DNA from: Scyliorhinus canicula
Taxonomy: Eukaryota
Length of the DNA: 64,000 nt
Assembly: GCF_902713615.1 (NCBI RefSeq)
Contig: NC_052176.1
Coordinates: 3,472,001 to 3,536,000, forward strand
Reading direction: 5' to 3'
The translations under genes and the position numbers were made by a program. Of this stretch, positions 13,940 to 25,705 are shown piece after piece. The notes beneath the pieces were generated by a model. That model did no database searches. It was given only the letters and a program-made list of their open reading frames with translations, and was not told the origin of the DNA. Position 1 is the first letter of the stretch. Each line of letters starts with the position of its first letter.

Positions 13940-14860
13940 CCCCACAACCCTATCTCTGTAACCTCCTCCAGTCCCTACAACCCTCCCTATCTCCGTAACC
14001 TCCTCCAACCCCTACAACCTTCCCTATCTCTGTAACCTCCTCCAGCCTCGACAACCCTCCCTATCTCTGTAACCTCCTCCAGCCCTACATCCCTCCCTAC
14101 CTCTGTAACCTCCTCCAGCCCCTACAACCCTCCCTATCTCTGTAACCTCCTCCGGCCCCTACAACCCTCCCTATCTCCGTAACCTCCCCCAGCCCCTACA
14201 ACCCTCCCTATCTCCGTAACCTCCTCCAGCCCCTACAACCCTCCCTATCTCTGTAACCTCCTCCAGCCCCTACAACCCTCCCTATCTCTGTAACCTCCTC
14301 CAGCCCCTACAACCCTCCCTATCTCCATAACCTCCTCCAGCCTCGACAACCCTCCCTTTCTCCGTAACCTCTTCCAGCCCCTACAACCCTCCCTATCTCT
14401 GTAACCTCCTCCAGCCTCAACAACCCTCCCTTTCTCCGTAACCTCCTCCAGCCCCGACAACCCTCCCTATCTCTGTAACCTCCTCCAGTCCCTACAACCC
14501 TCCCTATCTCTGTAACCTCCTCCAGCCTCGACAACCCTCCCTATCTCTGTAACCTCCTCCAGCCCCTACAACCCTCCCTATCTCTGTAACCTCCTCCAGC
14601 CCCTACAACCCTCCCCATCTCTGTAGCTTCCTCTAGTCCTTACAACTATCCCTATCTCTGTAACCTCTCCAGTCCCTACATCCCTCCCTATCTCTGTAAC
14701 CTCTCCAGTCCCTCCAACCCTCTCTATCTCTGTAACCTCCTCCAGCCCCTACAACCCTCCCTATCTCTGTAACCTCCTCCAGCCCCTACAGCCCTCCCTA
14801 TCTCTGTAACCTCCTCCAGCCCCGACAACCCTTCCTATCTCTGTAACTTCCTCCAGCCCC
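13940..14860 (+). repeat. 37-bp minisatellite
   Basis: Unit CCCTCCCTATCTCTGTAACCTCCTCCAGCCCCTACAA. Confidence 0.95.
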
Positions 14861-15364
14861 TGGGACTGTTACAGAAGTTCCCAAACCTGGTGTGAAGAAG
14901 GCACAGAGACTAAGGTGTGTTGGGGACCGTCCCTTGCTTGCCACAGAGCTCCTTTGTCCAGTCCAACACACCCTTCCCCTGGTCCTCGCTGGTTCCTCTC
15001 CATGTACACATTTGAGCATAATTGACAAATCAATATTCAATGCCTGTTCACATAAATACTTACTTGGAAGGTAATAAATATCCGTCAGCAGAACCTATTA
15101 GATACTAATTGTTTCACCTCTTGTCTTTAGGTTAAATTGACACGCAAACATAAACTATTGAGACGAAATGGTACCAAATGACAATATCTTCTTAATCAAT
15201 CTTTAGCATACTCCAAACCCCCACCCCACCTAGATAACGAAAAGACAATGTGTAAGATTGCAACATGTGTGTTTCCTGGTTCTCATTTTAATTCCTCCCG
15301 CTAAATATGCAATGAATCCTGCTGGAGTTGAACAGCCATCGGGAAGATTCGCATGTGAGGGGTA

Positions 15365-15585
15365 AGGCGCCATGGTGGCGCAGTGGGTTAGCCCTGCTGC
15401 CTCACGCCGCCGAGGTCCCAGGTTCGATCCCGGCCCTGGCTCACTGTCCGTGTGGAGTTTGCACATTCTCCCCGTGTCTGCGTGGGTTTCGCCCCCACAA
15501 CCCAAAGATGTGCAGAGTAGGTGGATTGGCTAAATTGCCCCTTAATTGGAAAAAATTAATTGGGTACACTACATTTATTTTTAAA
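15365..15585 (+). mobile_element. Short-tailed HE1-like SINE
   Basis: tRNA head with A/B boxes, core, AATTGGAAAAAATTAATTGGGTAC tail. Confidence 0.8.
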
Positions 15586-15729
15586 AATAGCATGAGAGGC
15601 GTGACTAAAAATGACTAGTTTCATCCCTCCTGGGTCACCCGGGTCTGAACATCTGAGAGTACGATCTCCTAAACTTGATTTCTTTCATGTCTCATCTGCT
15701 TTTAGCTCTTCCCCAACAGTGGTATACAT

Positions 15730-16410
15730 TTTTAAGTTAATTTGCGGGACGTGGGCATCGCTGGGCCGGGCATTCATTCTCCATCCCTAATTGCCCCTCG
15801 AGAAGATGGTGGGTGAGCCGCTATCCCTGTGTGGTGTAGGTACACCCACCCTGCTGTTAGGGAGGGAGTTCCCAGGATTTTGACCCCAGCCACAGTTAAG
15901 GAACGGCCGATATATTTCCGAGTCGGGATGGGCGAGCGGCTCGGGGGGGGGGGGGGGGAGGGGGGGAAAACTTGCAGGCGGTGGCGTTCCCCGTGCGTCT
16001 GCTGCTGCCCTCGTCCTTCTAGACGGTAGAGGTGGCGGGTTTGGAAGGTGCTGTCGAAGGTGCCTTGGCGAGTCGTTGCATTTGACACAAACGTCACAGC
16101 AGTTTGTGTGAACATAGAACGTACAGCGCAGGAGGCCATTCGGCCCATCGAGTCTGCACCGACCCACTTAAGCCCTCACTTCCACCCTATCCCCGTAACC
16201 CAATAACCCCGCCTAACCTTTTTGGGCACTAAGGGACAATTTAGCTTGGCCAATCCACCCAACCTGCACGTCTTTGGACTGTGGGAGGAAAGCAGAGCAC
16301 CCGGAGGAAACCCACGCAGACACGGAGAGAACGTGCAGCCTCCACAGTGACCCAGCAGGGAATCAAACCTGGTTCCCTGGCGCTGTGAAGCCACAGTGCT
16401 AACCACTTGT
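15730..16410 (-). mobile_element. LINE 3'-end fragment (15730-16080) and HE1 SINE (16110-16410)
   Basis: The GGCAATTAGGGATGG..GCCCACGTCCC tail also occurs at 54760-54820; V-domain present. Confidence 0.6.
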
Positions 16411-16414
16411 GGCC

Positions 16415-17960
16415 AGTTGAATTTCCCAATTAAGCTTCTTAATTGACCTGCACCTTCCTTAATTGTAGTCCTTTGCCAGGAACTGACCCCAATTTATTGG
16501 GATCCTATTAACACCTCCGAGGAAATGACGGGGTCATTCCGAACTTCGACATCCGACCCTATATACTTAAAAGCTCCAGAAGCCCGACTTCCAATTTCGA
16601 GTTTGTTTTTCATTTTATCTATCAGATTTCTAAAATGCCAGAGATCCCCCTCACAGGAAATCACCTACATGCATTAAGAAAATGCCTGAGTTTTCGTTCA
16701 ATAAAACATTGCAGGATCTGCTTTCAGCAGAATACAACCACCGTTGCGTAGGATCGGCTTGAATTGAAAAGATACCGTAGCCTGGATACATCCTTTAGCC
16801 CCTATACACGCTAGTGTAGCTTCCATTGAGCTCCTTCTCTATCTCCACCTTTTAACTTTGGAAGCTTTTAAGAACCCCTCACAAATATGGGCGGTATAGT
16901 GGTTAGATCATAGAATTTACAGAGCAGAAGGAGGCCATTCGGCCCATCGAGTCTGCACCGGCTCCTGGAAAGAGCACCCTACCCAAGGTCAACACCTCCA
17001 CCCTATCCCCATAACCCCACCCAACACTAAGGGCAATTTTGGACACTAAGGGCAATTTATCATGGCCAATCCACCTAACCCGCACATCTTTGGACTGTTC
17101 GAGGAAACCGGAGCACCCGGTGGAAACCCACGCACACACGGGGAGGATGTGCGGACTCCGCAAAGACAGTGACCCAAGCCGGAATCGAACCTGGGACCCT
17201 GGAGCTGTGAAGCGATTGTGCTATCCACAATGCTACCGTGCTGCCCTAACCCAGTTACTTCACAGCGCCAGGGTCTCAGGTTCGATTCCTGGCTTGGGTC
17301 GCTGTCTGTGCGGAGTCTGCATGTTCTCTCCCGGCGTCTGCGTGAGTTTCCTCCCACAAGTCCCGAAAGACATGCTTGTTAGGTGAATCGGACATTCTGA
17401 ATTCTCCCTCCGTGTACCCGAACAGGCGCCGGAGTGTGGTGACTCGGGGTTTTTCACAGTAACTCCATTGCAGCGTTAATGTAAGCCGGCTTGTGACAAT
17501 AATAAAGGTTATTATATATGTTGCTTTGACTTCAATGGATTTACATTCCCATGAGTATGTCACTAAATATTCTGGGAAAATGCTCGTTCGTGCTTTTCCT
17601 GCTGTTGGGGAGTGCGCTCCGATATTGGTCACCCAGTTTTTCCTCAAATCCCTGAGCTACAAGCCTGGCTTTGGCTGTATACGTACCATGGGGAAGTGCT
17701 TCCTCCGTGCATATCCACCGACGGAGCAACGTTGCCCGTCTTTCCTCTGGTGCCTCCGTGTGAACCCAAACTCTCCCCAGCTGTTAAGTTGTTTTTGTTT
17801 CGTCTTCTCACCCCCCCCCCCCCCCATTAACTCACTAGTAGCCACTAGAGCCTCCTCATTGTAGGCATGACTATTTATTGTCGAGAGTGCACAGGCCTTG
17901 AGGAATGTAATGTAAGCCGCAGACCTTCCAGAAACAATCGCTTTCACATGGCCCGCGTCC
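16415..17960 (-). mobile_element. Degenerate Ty1/Copia-type reverse transcriptase relic, split by nested SINEs
   Basis: Collinear minus-strand motifs KARLVAQGFEE, WECKSIEVKA, WKLH*RV*GLKDVSR and MHVGDFL*GG (decayed HVDD). Confidence 0.75.
16888..17515. mobile_element. Nested SINEs: minus HE1 (16905-17247) inside a plus V-SINE
   Basis: The plus-element head starts at 16888, resumes near 17255 and ends TGACAATAATAAAGGTTATT. Confidence 0.7.
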
Positions 17961-18099
17961 AACTTCGTTTGGGCCTTCTCGATTGAAGGTTTACTTAACA
18001 CCAGTGTTCGTTTTTAGCCATTTCAGAGTTTTACCATCGTCGAACCGGAAACAAGTGGAAGCCGCGACGTTCTTCAACTTTGCTCTTCCTTACTTAATG

Positions 18100-18258
18100 A
18101 ATCATGATGTGGAGATGCCGGCTTTGGACTTTGGGGTGAGCAGAGTTAGAAGTTTTACAACACCAGGTTAAAGTCAGCTGAAGGAGCTGCGCTCCGAAAG
18201 CTAGTGATTCGAAACAAACCTGTTGGGACTTTAACCTGGTGTTGTAAGACTTCTTAAT
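18100..18258. mobile_element. Penelope-derived inverted-repeat fragment
   Basis: AAGTTTTACAACACCAGGTTAAAGTC (18150-18175) is inverted with GACTTTAACCTGGTGTTGTAAGACTT (18228-18252). Internal GGAGC-tgc-GCTCC-GAAA. Confidence 0.55.
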
Positions 18259-18289
18259 GAATCGATGTACCTATTTAGCCAGTCCTGAC

Positions 18290-18655
18290 TCAAAAGGTTG
18301 TTGGGGGGGGGGGGGAGAGAGAGACACACGAGGAAGGTCCTGGCTGATCAGGGGAGTCAGTACACGGTGGTTGCAGGCAGAGGGAAAGTCGGTGACCTTA
18401 GTAAACGAGTACGTCCCGAAATTGAGATGAAGTAACATTTGTAAAGCGGCTGTCGGCTGCCGCAGTACCTGACCTTGACACTCACCAACTGATTCTGGGG
18501 GGAGATTTAAACACTGCATTGGACCTGAAGCTGGACTGCTCAAAGCGCCAAAGTCGTTGGCCCGTTCTGGGATGGCAAAGGTGTTCTCTACATTCATGGA
18601 GGAGACAGGGGGTGCTGGAACATGGTGGTTTATGCACCCTGGGAATAAGGACGAA
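18290..18655 (+). mobile_element. L1-type APE endonuclease relic
   Basis: LVNEYVP and DLDTHQLILGGDLNTALDLKLDCSK, resembling the GDFN motif. Confidence 0.6.
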
Positions 18656-20130
18656 CATTAAAAGATCCCGAGGCAGTTCTTCGAAGAAGGAGCTGCCGAG
18701 GGCTCTCCCCGCGCAGGGTGCTCTGCTCGATACTTCATCCTCCAATCAGCAGCACACAGAACCGAAGAGAGAGATTACCTGCGCTACATAAATTCGATCT
18801 TTGGTCTTCTCCTACCCGCTGCAAGCTTTCCATCTCTCGGATTTAAAATCATCAACCTCAAACTGTGCCTCTCTGCCCAGATGCTGTTGAGTATTTCCAG
18901 CGGTTTCTGGACTCGTAACTGGACTTGGAAGTGATCGGGAAGATAGCCTGCAGACGGCTGCGGATCAACATTTAAAAATGCGATAGCTGGGTGTTGGAAT
19001 ATCATTTAATAAATTTTAAAAATATATATATATATATACACACACACCACCCTACCCGCACCCCCCCACCCCAAAACAAATATTCAATGGCATTGCCCAG
19101 ACATCAGATGCCATTTTACAGGGACAGAGACACTGTGCCAGATAATACAGAATGAACGGTTCTATAGGTCAAGTGGCAACACGTCGTCTAAACCCCCAGA
19201 AAGTCCCAACATCGTTGAGTAACACACCCGACTCGGGTCAGAGTTCAATTCCAGGCTGGAATGTGCCGATGAAATGCTGGTGGCCGGCTGCCACCCCCCC
19301 ACCCCCGGGCAAGTGCCGCTGTCTTGGGAACAAGCGGGCATAATTATGCAGAGGAAAACACGGGGCTTCTGTACAGATCTTGGCAGATACAGCCCATCGC
19401 ATTTGATTTAATTTGATCCATCCTTTTGTGGAGATTTGAGCTCACCGTTTCTGCCTTCCGCCGTATACAGAGTTGATAGCCGCCGGCAATCATGACGATC
19501 AGAATACTCCTTCCATAGAGGTAAGCATTGCGATGTTTCAATTCATTTTGCCAAGCTTTCGTACACGGTTGAATACTGGGAAGCCATCGGGTTTGCCGCT
19601 ATCTCCCCTCGCTGTGGGTAGAAATAGCTGGGATGGCGGCCCTCAGGGCCAGGCGTTAGTCGAGCAGCTCAAAGGCCGACCAGGTTCAAGGTCAGGGCAG
19701 TCCGCAAAGCGAAGCACGGGAAGGGGGGGGGGGGGGGGGGGGGCAGTAGCTCATTGGGGAACGCCGGGAGGGATGCGGAAGTGGCGCGCGTACGCTGCCG
19801 TCAAGATCGGAAAATGACACTCACTGTCACTGGATTGTGTGTGTGTGTCGGTGGGTGCAATGCCTTGCCCTCGCTAAGCTCGTGGCAGGGGATCTCCGTA
19901 CGGGGAGAGCGAGAAAGGAGGGAGGGAACACGATCTCGAGAGAATGCCCTGCCTAAGCTACTGGAAGGAAGTCAGGAAAGGGCAGTTGAAGATGAATCTA
20001 TATTTCTACTCGGGATCAGTCCTGGCGTCGTGTTTAAACATTAATGCTTCCGGGTGAGATGAAATAACAGCGGAAACTCCACACGTAACGCTGGAAAGAT
20101 GTTTTAAGGCACTGCTAATGGGGGCTGGTT

Positions 20131-23100
20131 TTACACCACAGAGGCGCAGGAACTGGCATCTCGCTTTGGAGGTGCATAATGACGTGGGGGACACGGCAGG
20201 CGCATTCTGAAGTGCCCCTCTGCCGGAGTGGCAGCATTGATAGAGGATGCGCGTTGCAGTCCAAGTGGGTCAAACGCTCCGAGGGTAGGGGTTTTCAAGA
20301 GGCCGGATTGGGGACTTCCTCTCTGGGCGGGGGCACTTAGCAGGCCAGGGCGGGCACTCAGTCCCAGAGCAGGACTATTTAACAGGCCAGGGCGGCCACC
20401 CAGGCCAAGAGTGGGGGCGCTTAGCCGGCCAGAGCGGGCACCCATCCCGAGAGTGGGGGCGCTTAACCGGCCACCCATGCCAAGAGTGGGGGCACTTAAC
20501 CGGCTAGAGCGGGCACCCATTCCATGAGCGGGGGTATTTAACCGGCCAGAACGGGCACCCATCCTCAGAGTTGGGGTGTCCAGCAGGCCAGACTGTGCAC
20601 TCATTACCGGGGCGGGGGTACTTAACAGGCTGGGCCGGGCACTCAATCCCGAAGGGGGGGTATTTAACAGGCTGGGGCGGGCACTCAATCCCGAAGGGGG
20701 GGCATTCAACAGGCTAGGGCGGGCACTCAATCCCGAAGGGGGGGCATTCAACAGGCTGGGTCGGACACTCTTTCCCAGGCAGGGTGTTTGTAACAGGCCA
20801 GGTAGGGCAGCCGTTCCCCTAACGGGAGACTGTGCCCTCGTGTCCTTGGCGAGTTTATTTAACGGACGAGACTTGACACTCGTTTCGGTAGCCGGGGGGT
20901 CCAACAGAGCGGACTGGGCGCTCGTTTCTGTCGCAGGGGGGTCCAACGGACCAGACTGGGCGCTCGTTTCCATCGCAGGGGCGTCCGACAGCGCAGTCTG
21001 CGCGCTCGCCTCTGGTGCCGGGGCGTTTTCTGGCCCAGACGGGGCACTCGTTCCCGCAGCTGGGGTAATTAACGGGCCAGACTGGGCGCTTGTTTCCGCA
21101 ACGGGGGCATCTAACAGGCCGGTCTGTGCATTTGTTTCTGCCGCAGGTGTGTCTAATTGACCAGTCGGCACGCTCGTTTCGGCAGCTGGGGTAGTTAAGG
21201 GGCCGGACTGTGCACTACTTCCCGCGGCAGGGGTACTTAACGGGCCAGATTGGGCACCAGTTTCTGTAGCGGGGGTATTTAACCGTCCAGACGGGGCACT
21301 CGGCACTTTAGCAGGGGTATCCAACGCACTGGATTGCTCACTTGTCCCAAGTGTGGAGGCGTTTGATTGGCCGGACTGTGCACTCATTCCTGGGCCGGGG
21401 GTTTTTGACAAGCCGGAATGGACCTTAGTTGCCAGGGCGGGAGATTTTAACCTTCTGGAACCCCGGCCGGAGGTTTTTGACAGGCCGGAACGGACGTGCA
21501 TCCCTGGGCTGGGAGCTTTTAGCAGTCCAGATCGAGGGCTCATTCCCAGGACGGGGGTATTTAACAGGGCAGACCGGGGACTCGTTCCCAGCGTGGGAGT
21601 ATTTAACAGGCCATTTCGGGGATTCTCCCTCATGGCGTGAATATTCAATTGGCCAGATCGGGGATTCTCTCTCAGAGAGGGGGGGCTTAACAAGCCAGAT
21701 CGGGGATTCTCTCTCAGATAGGGGGGGCTTAACAGGCCAGATCGGGGATTCTCTCCCAGATAGGTGGGGCTTAACAGGCCAAATCGGGGATTCTCTCCCA
21801 GAGAGGGGGGGCTTAACAGGCTAGGTCGGGGATTCTCTCCCAGAGAGGGGGGTCTTAACAGGCTAGGTCGGGGATTCTCTCCCAGAGAGGGGGGGCTTAA
21901 CAGGCTAGGTCGGGGATTCTCTCCCAGAGAGGGGGGTCTTAACAGGCTAGGTCGGGGATTCTCTCCCAGAAAGGGGGGTCTTAACAGGCCAGATCGGGGA
22001 TTCTCTCCCAGAGAGGGGGGGCTTAACAGGCCAGATCGGGGATTCTCTCTCAGATAGGGAGGGCTTAACAGGCCAGATCGGGGATTCTCTCCCACAGAGG
22101 GGGGGCTTAACAGGCCAGATCGGGGATTCTCTCCCAGATAGGGGGGGTTTAACAGGCCAGATCGGGGATTCTCTCCCAGATAGGGGGGGTTTAACAGGCC
22201 AGATCGGGGATTCTCTCCCAGAGAGGGGGGGCTTAACAGGCCAGATCGGGGATTCTCTCCCACAGAGGGGGGGCTTAACAGGCTAGGTCGGGGATTGTCG
22301 CCCAGGGCAAGGGTATTTAACAAGTCAGATCGGGGACTTGCTCCCATGGCAGGGTCATTTAACAGGCCAGACCGGGGCCTCGATCCCAGGACAGAGGCAA
22401 TTAAATGGTCTGAACGGCGCTTCACTCCCGGGAAGGGGGCATTTAACAGAGCAGAGCGAGGACTCGCTGCCGGGTCAGGGGCATTTAAGAGGGAAGAACG
22501 GGGAGTTGCTCCCGGGAAGGGGGCATTTAACAGGGCAGAACGAGGACTCGCTCGCGGGGCAGGGGCATTTAACAGGGCGGAACGAAGACTCGCTGCCGGG
22601 GCAGGGGCATTTAAGAGGGCAGAACGGGGAGTTGCTCCCGGGAAGGGGGCATTTAACAGGGCAGAGCGAGGACTCGCTGCCGGGTCAGGGGCATTTAACA
22701 GGGCAGAACGGGGAGTCGCTCCCGGGAAGGGGGCATTTAACAGGGTGGGACGAGGACTCGCTCCCGGGGCATTTAAGAGGGCAGAACGAGGACTCGCTCC
22801 CGGGGCTGGGGCATTTAACAGGCTGGGCAGGATGTTCGCTCCCGGGAAGGGGGTATTTAACAGGCCAGAACGGGGATTCACTCCCAGGGCAGGGGCATGT
22901 AACAGGCCAGATCGGGGATTCGCTCCCGGGGCTGGGGCACTTAACAGGGCGGATCGGGGATTCGCTCCCAGGGCAGGGGGATTTAACAGGCCAGAAGGGA
23001 GACTCTCTCCCCGGAAGGGGGTATTTAACAGGCCAGATCGGGGATTCGCTCCCGGGGCTGGGGCATGTAACAGGCCAGATCGGGGATTCGCTCCCGGGGC

Positions 23101-23689
23101 TGGGGCACTTAACAGGGCGGATCGGGGATTCACTCCCAGGGCGGGGGTTTGTAATAGGCCAAATCGGGGATTCGCTCCCAGGGTGGGGGTACTTAGCAGT
23201 GAGTGCCGTGTCCGCTTGGCGGGGGAGAGTAAATCGTGTGGCAGTGTCCTCTTTGCAGCCTGCCGGTTCTCCAGCGTTGGCGGAGGTAAAGGAAGGCAAG
23301 CGCGATGGTGCGGGAAGCTTCTTTTGGCGAGGTCAGGCGTGAACTGCCTCCCAAGTCCGCGGTCCTTGTGCACATCATTGGCGGGGTCGGGCTGAAATGG
23401 CTCAACGTCTTGCCCACTCGCCTCAACATGTCCGTCGTCCAGGTGATAGCGAGTGTAACTCGACATTTGCTGTCCATACATATCTAGGGAATCACGTGGT
23501 GCCCAGGTGCACTCTGCGGCCTGGTGGTTTGGTCTTCCGCACCGCTGACAATTTCCCACCACACTGCCGACTGATTGGAGCTGGGTGCTTGCCTCAGATG
23601 ACCGAATCCTAATTTTGTTTCAGGTGAAGTCGGCGAGATCCATCCTGTTAATGGCTTTCAGTGCTTCTTCCTGGATGCAAACACATCAC
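20131..23689 (-). CDS. RBM14/RBM4-family paralogue exon: broken RRM2 relic, CCHC knuckle, about 70 x 14-aa Pro/Leu repeats. ORF 23562-20131; first in-frame ATG at 23481 gives 1116 aa
   Basis: Acceptor ctctttctcag|gtgat at 23690/23689. QEEALKAINRMDLADFT*NKIRIRSS aligns to EEDAIQAIANLDEKEFNGTKLRVQLS of the + gene, and CQRCGRPNHQAAEC to CQRCGRQGHQARDC. The frame is uninterrupted for 3.4 kb. C-terminal RMRLPCPPRHY resembles RBM14 RTRLSPPRASY. Confidence 0.7.
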
Positions 23690-24089
23690 CTGAGAAAGAG
23701 AGCGAGAAAGGGGCTGAATTAAATGCAGGGTCATTGGGCGTGCAGTACCCCGCCAAAGTTTAAGACCCTTGCTCTCGGATTCTTTTGGGACGATAATCTT
23801 GTGCTCAGGCCCAATGAATCACTGGTTTGATCAGAACTGAAGCACTGCACAAAACTCTGGGCACCGCACTGCAGAAAGATCGAGGCCTTGGCCAGGCTGC
23901 AGAGATCTACTCGAATGGTTTCAGGGGTGGGGGGGAAATTTATGAGGAGAGAATGCAGTGTAGATTTATCAAGAGCGACTCCGGAACTCAAGGGGGGAGG
24001 GGGGGGTTCAGCCACAAAGGAGAGAAGCCGCAAACTGGACGCACAGGGCCTGGAATTTAGCAGAAGGGGCAGCTTCATCGTAGGTATTT

Positions 24090-25673
24090 GAGTTATGAAG
24101 GAGAGCAGATAAGGGAGAAACCATTGCTTGCGATGACAGGAGTCAGGAATAAGGTGGGCACCTTCGCTTTCTTCCTCGTGGGGCGAGGACATCGCTAGCA
24201 AGGCCCAGCATTCAGTGCCCACCCCAATTGCCCCCTGGTCTCGCTCGGCCTTTTCAGAGGGACAGTGAAGAGCCAACCCCGCGGGAATGGGCTGGTCGTA
24301 CATGGTCTGGGAAAGGGAGGGAGTGGAAAGGTTTGGGGATCTATTTGCGGGTTTGGTGGAAAAGTTTCAGTTTCTGTGGGAGGGTAGTGGAAGGGAATGG
24401 GTTTAGGTATTTACAGGGGAAAGGAGTTCAAAGGGCGGCATGTGGCGCAGCGGGTAGCACTGGGACTACCGCGCCGAGGACCCAGGTTCAAATCCTGGCC
24501 CTGGGTCACTGTCCGTGTGGAGTTTGCACATTTTCCTCGTGTCCGTGTGGGTTTCACCTCCACAACCCAAAGATGTGCAGGGTAGGTGGATTGGCCACGC
24601 TAAATTGTCCCTCAATTGGAAAAAAATAATTGGGTACTCTAAATTTTTTTGAAAAAGGAGTTCGGAAGGAGCTTTCTACGTCTCCTTGGCTGCCCCCCCC
24701 CCCTCCCCCTCCCCCTCCCCCCCTCTGATGGGTAAGGTAGTCTCTTTGCATCAGACAGGGAAAGGGAAGACCTGATATTTATGGGCAGTTGATGGAGAGG
24801 GAGGGAGCCTCGCTGGAAGAGATAGAGAGAAAAGGGAGTTAGAGTTGTGGTGTGTGCTTGGTAAGGGGGTGTGGGGGGAGGTGGAGTGAGGCCCTGTACA
24901 GGATAAACCGTACCTCCGCGTGTGCGAGACTGAGCCTAATACTTGTTAAAGTGGTGCACAGAGCGCACATGACGAAAACACTCGAGTGGGTTATTTTCGG
25001 GGGTGGATGACAGATACAAGGCTGCTCATAGAAGCTACAGTGCAGGAGGCCATTCGGCCCATCGGTCTGCACCGGCTCTTTGGAAAAAGCACCCCACTCA
25101 ACCCCCGTAACCCCACCTAACCTTTTTGGACACTAAGGGCAATTTATCATGGCCAATCCACCGAACCTGCACATCGGGAGGAGGAAGCCCACACACACAC
25201 ACACACACACACGGGGAGAGTGTGAAGACTCCGCACAGACAGTGACCCAAGTGGGAATCAAACCTGGGACCCGAGAGCTGTGAAGCAACTGTGCTAGCCA
25301 CTGTCCTACCGCGCTGCCCTGTTCAAGGGGCTGTTTAGCACACAGCTAAATCGCTGGCTTTGAAAGCAGGCCAGCAGCATGGTTCGATTCCCGTAACAGC
25401 CTCCCCGAACAGGCGCCGGAATGTGGCTACTAGGGGCTTTTCACAGTAACTTCATTTGAAGCCTACTCGTGACAATAAGCCATTTTCATTTCATTTTTTC
25501 ATTTCAAGAGGGCCGACAAACCACTCCCACAAGTTTTGATCCTGCCCGAAATTAAGTTATGGGAGTCTTTCTTCGAGACTATGTCAGAGATTTTATTTTT
25601 GGGGGGGAAAGAGAGAGAGAGGAGCCATGACTGTGGGTAGCAACATTTGGGGTATCGGATGAACCAGAGGCTG

Positions 25674-25705
<32 letters not shown>

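Noticed and set aside
22295-23395. 334-366-aa plus-strand ORFs
   Set aside because: Antisense shadows of the 42-nt repeat; homology and splice signals are on the minus strand.
23620-23622. In-frame TGA as selenocysteine
   Set aside because: It aligns to Gly rather than Cys, an upstream frameshift coexists, and no SECIS element was recognised.
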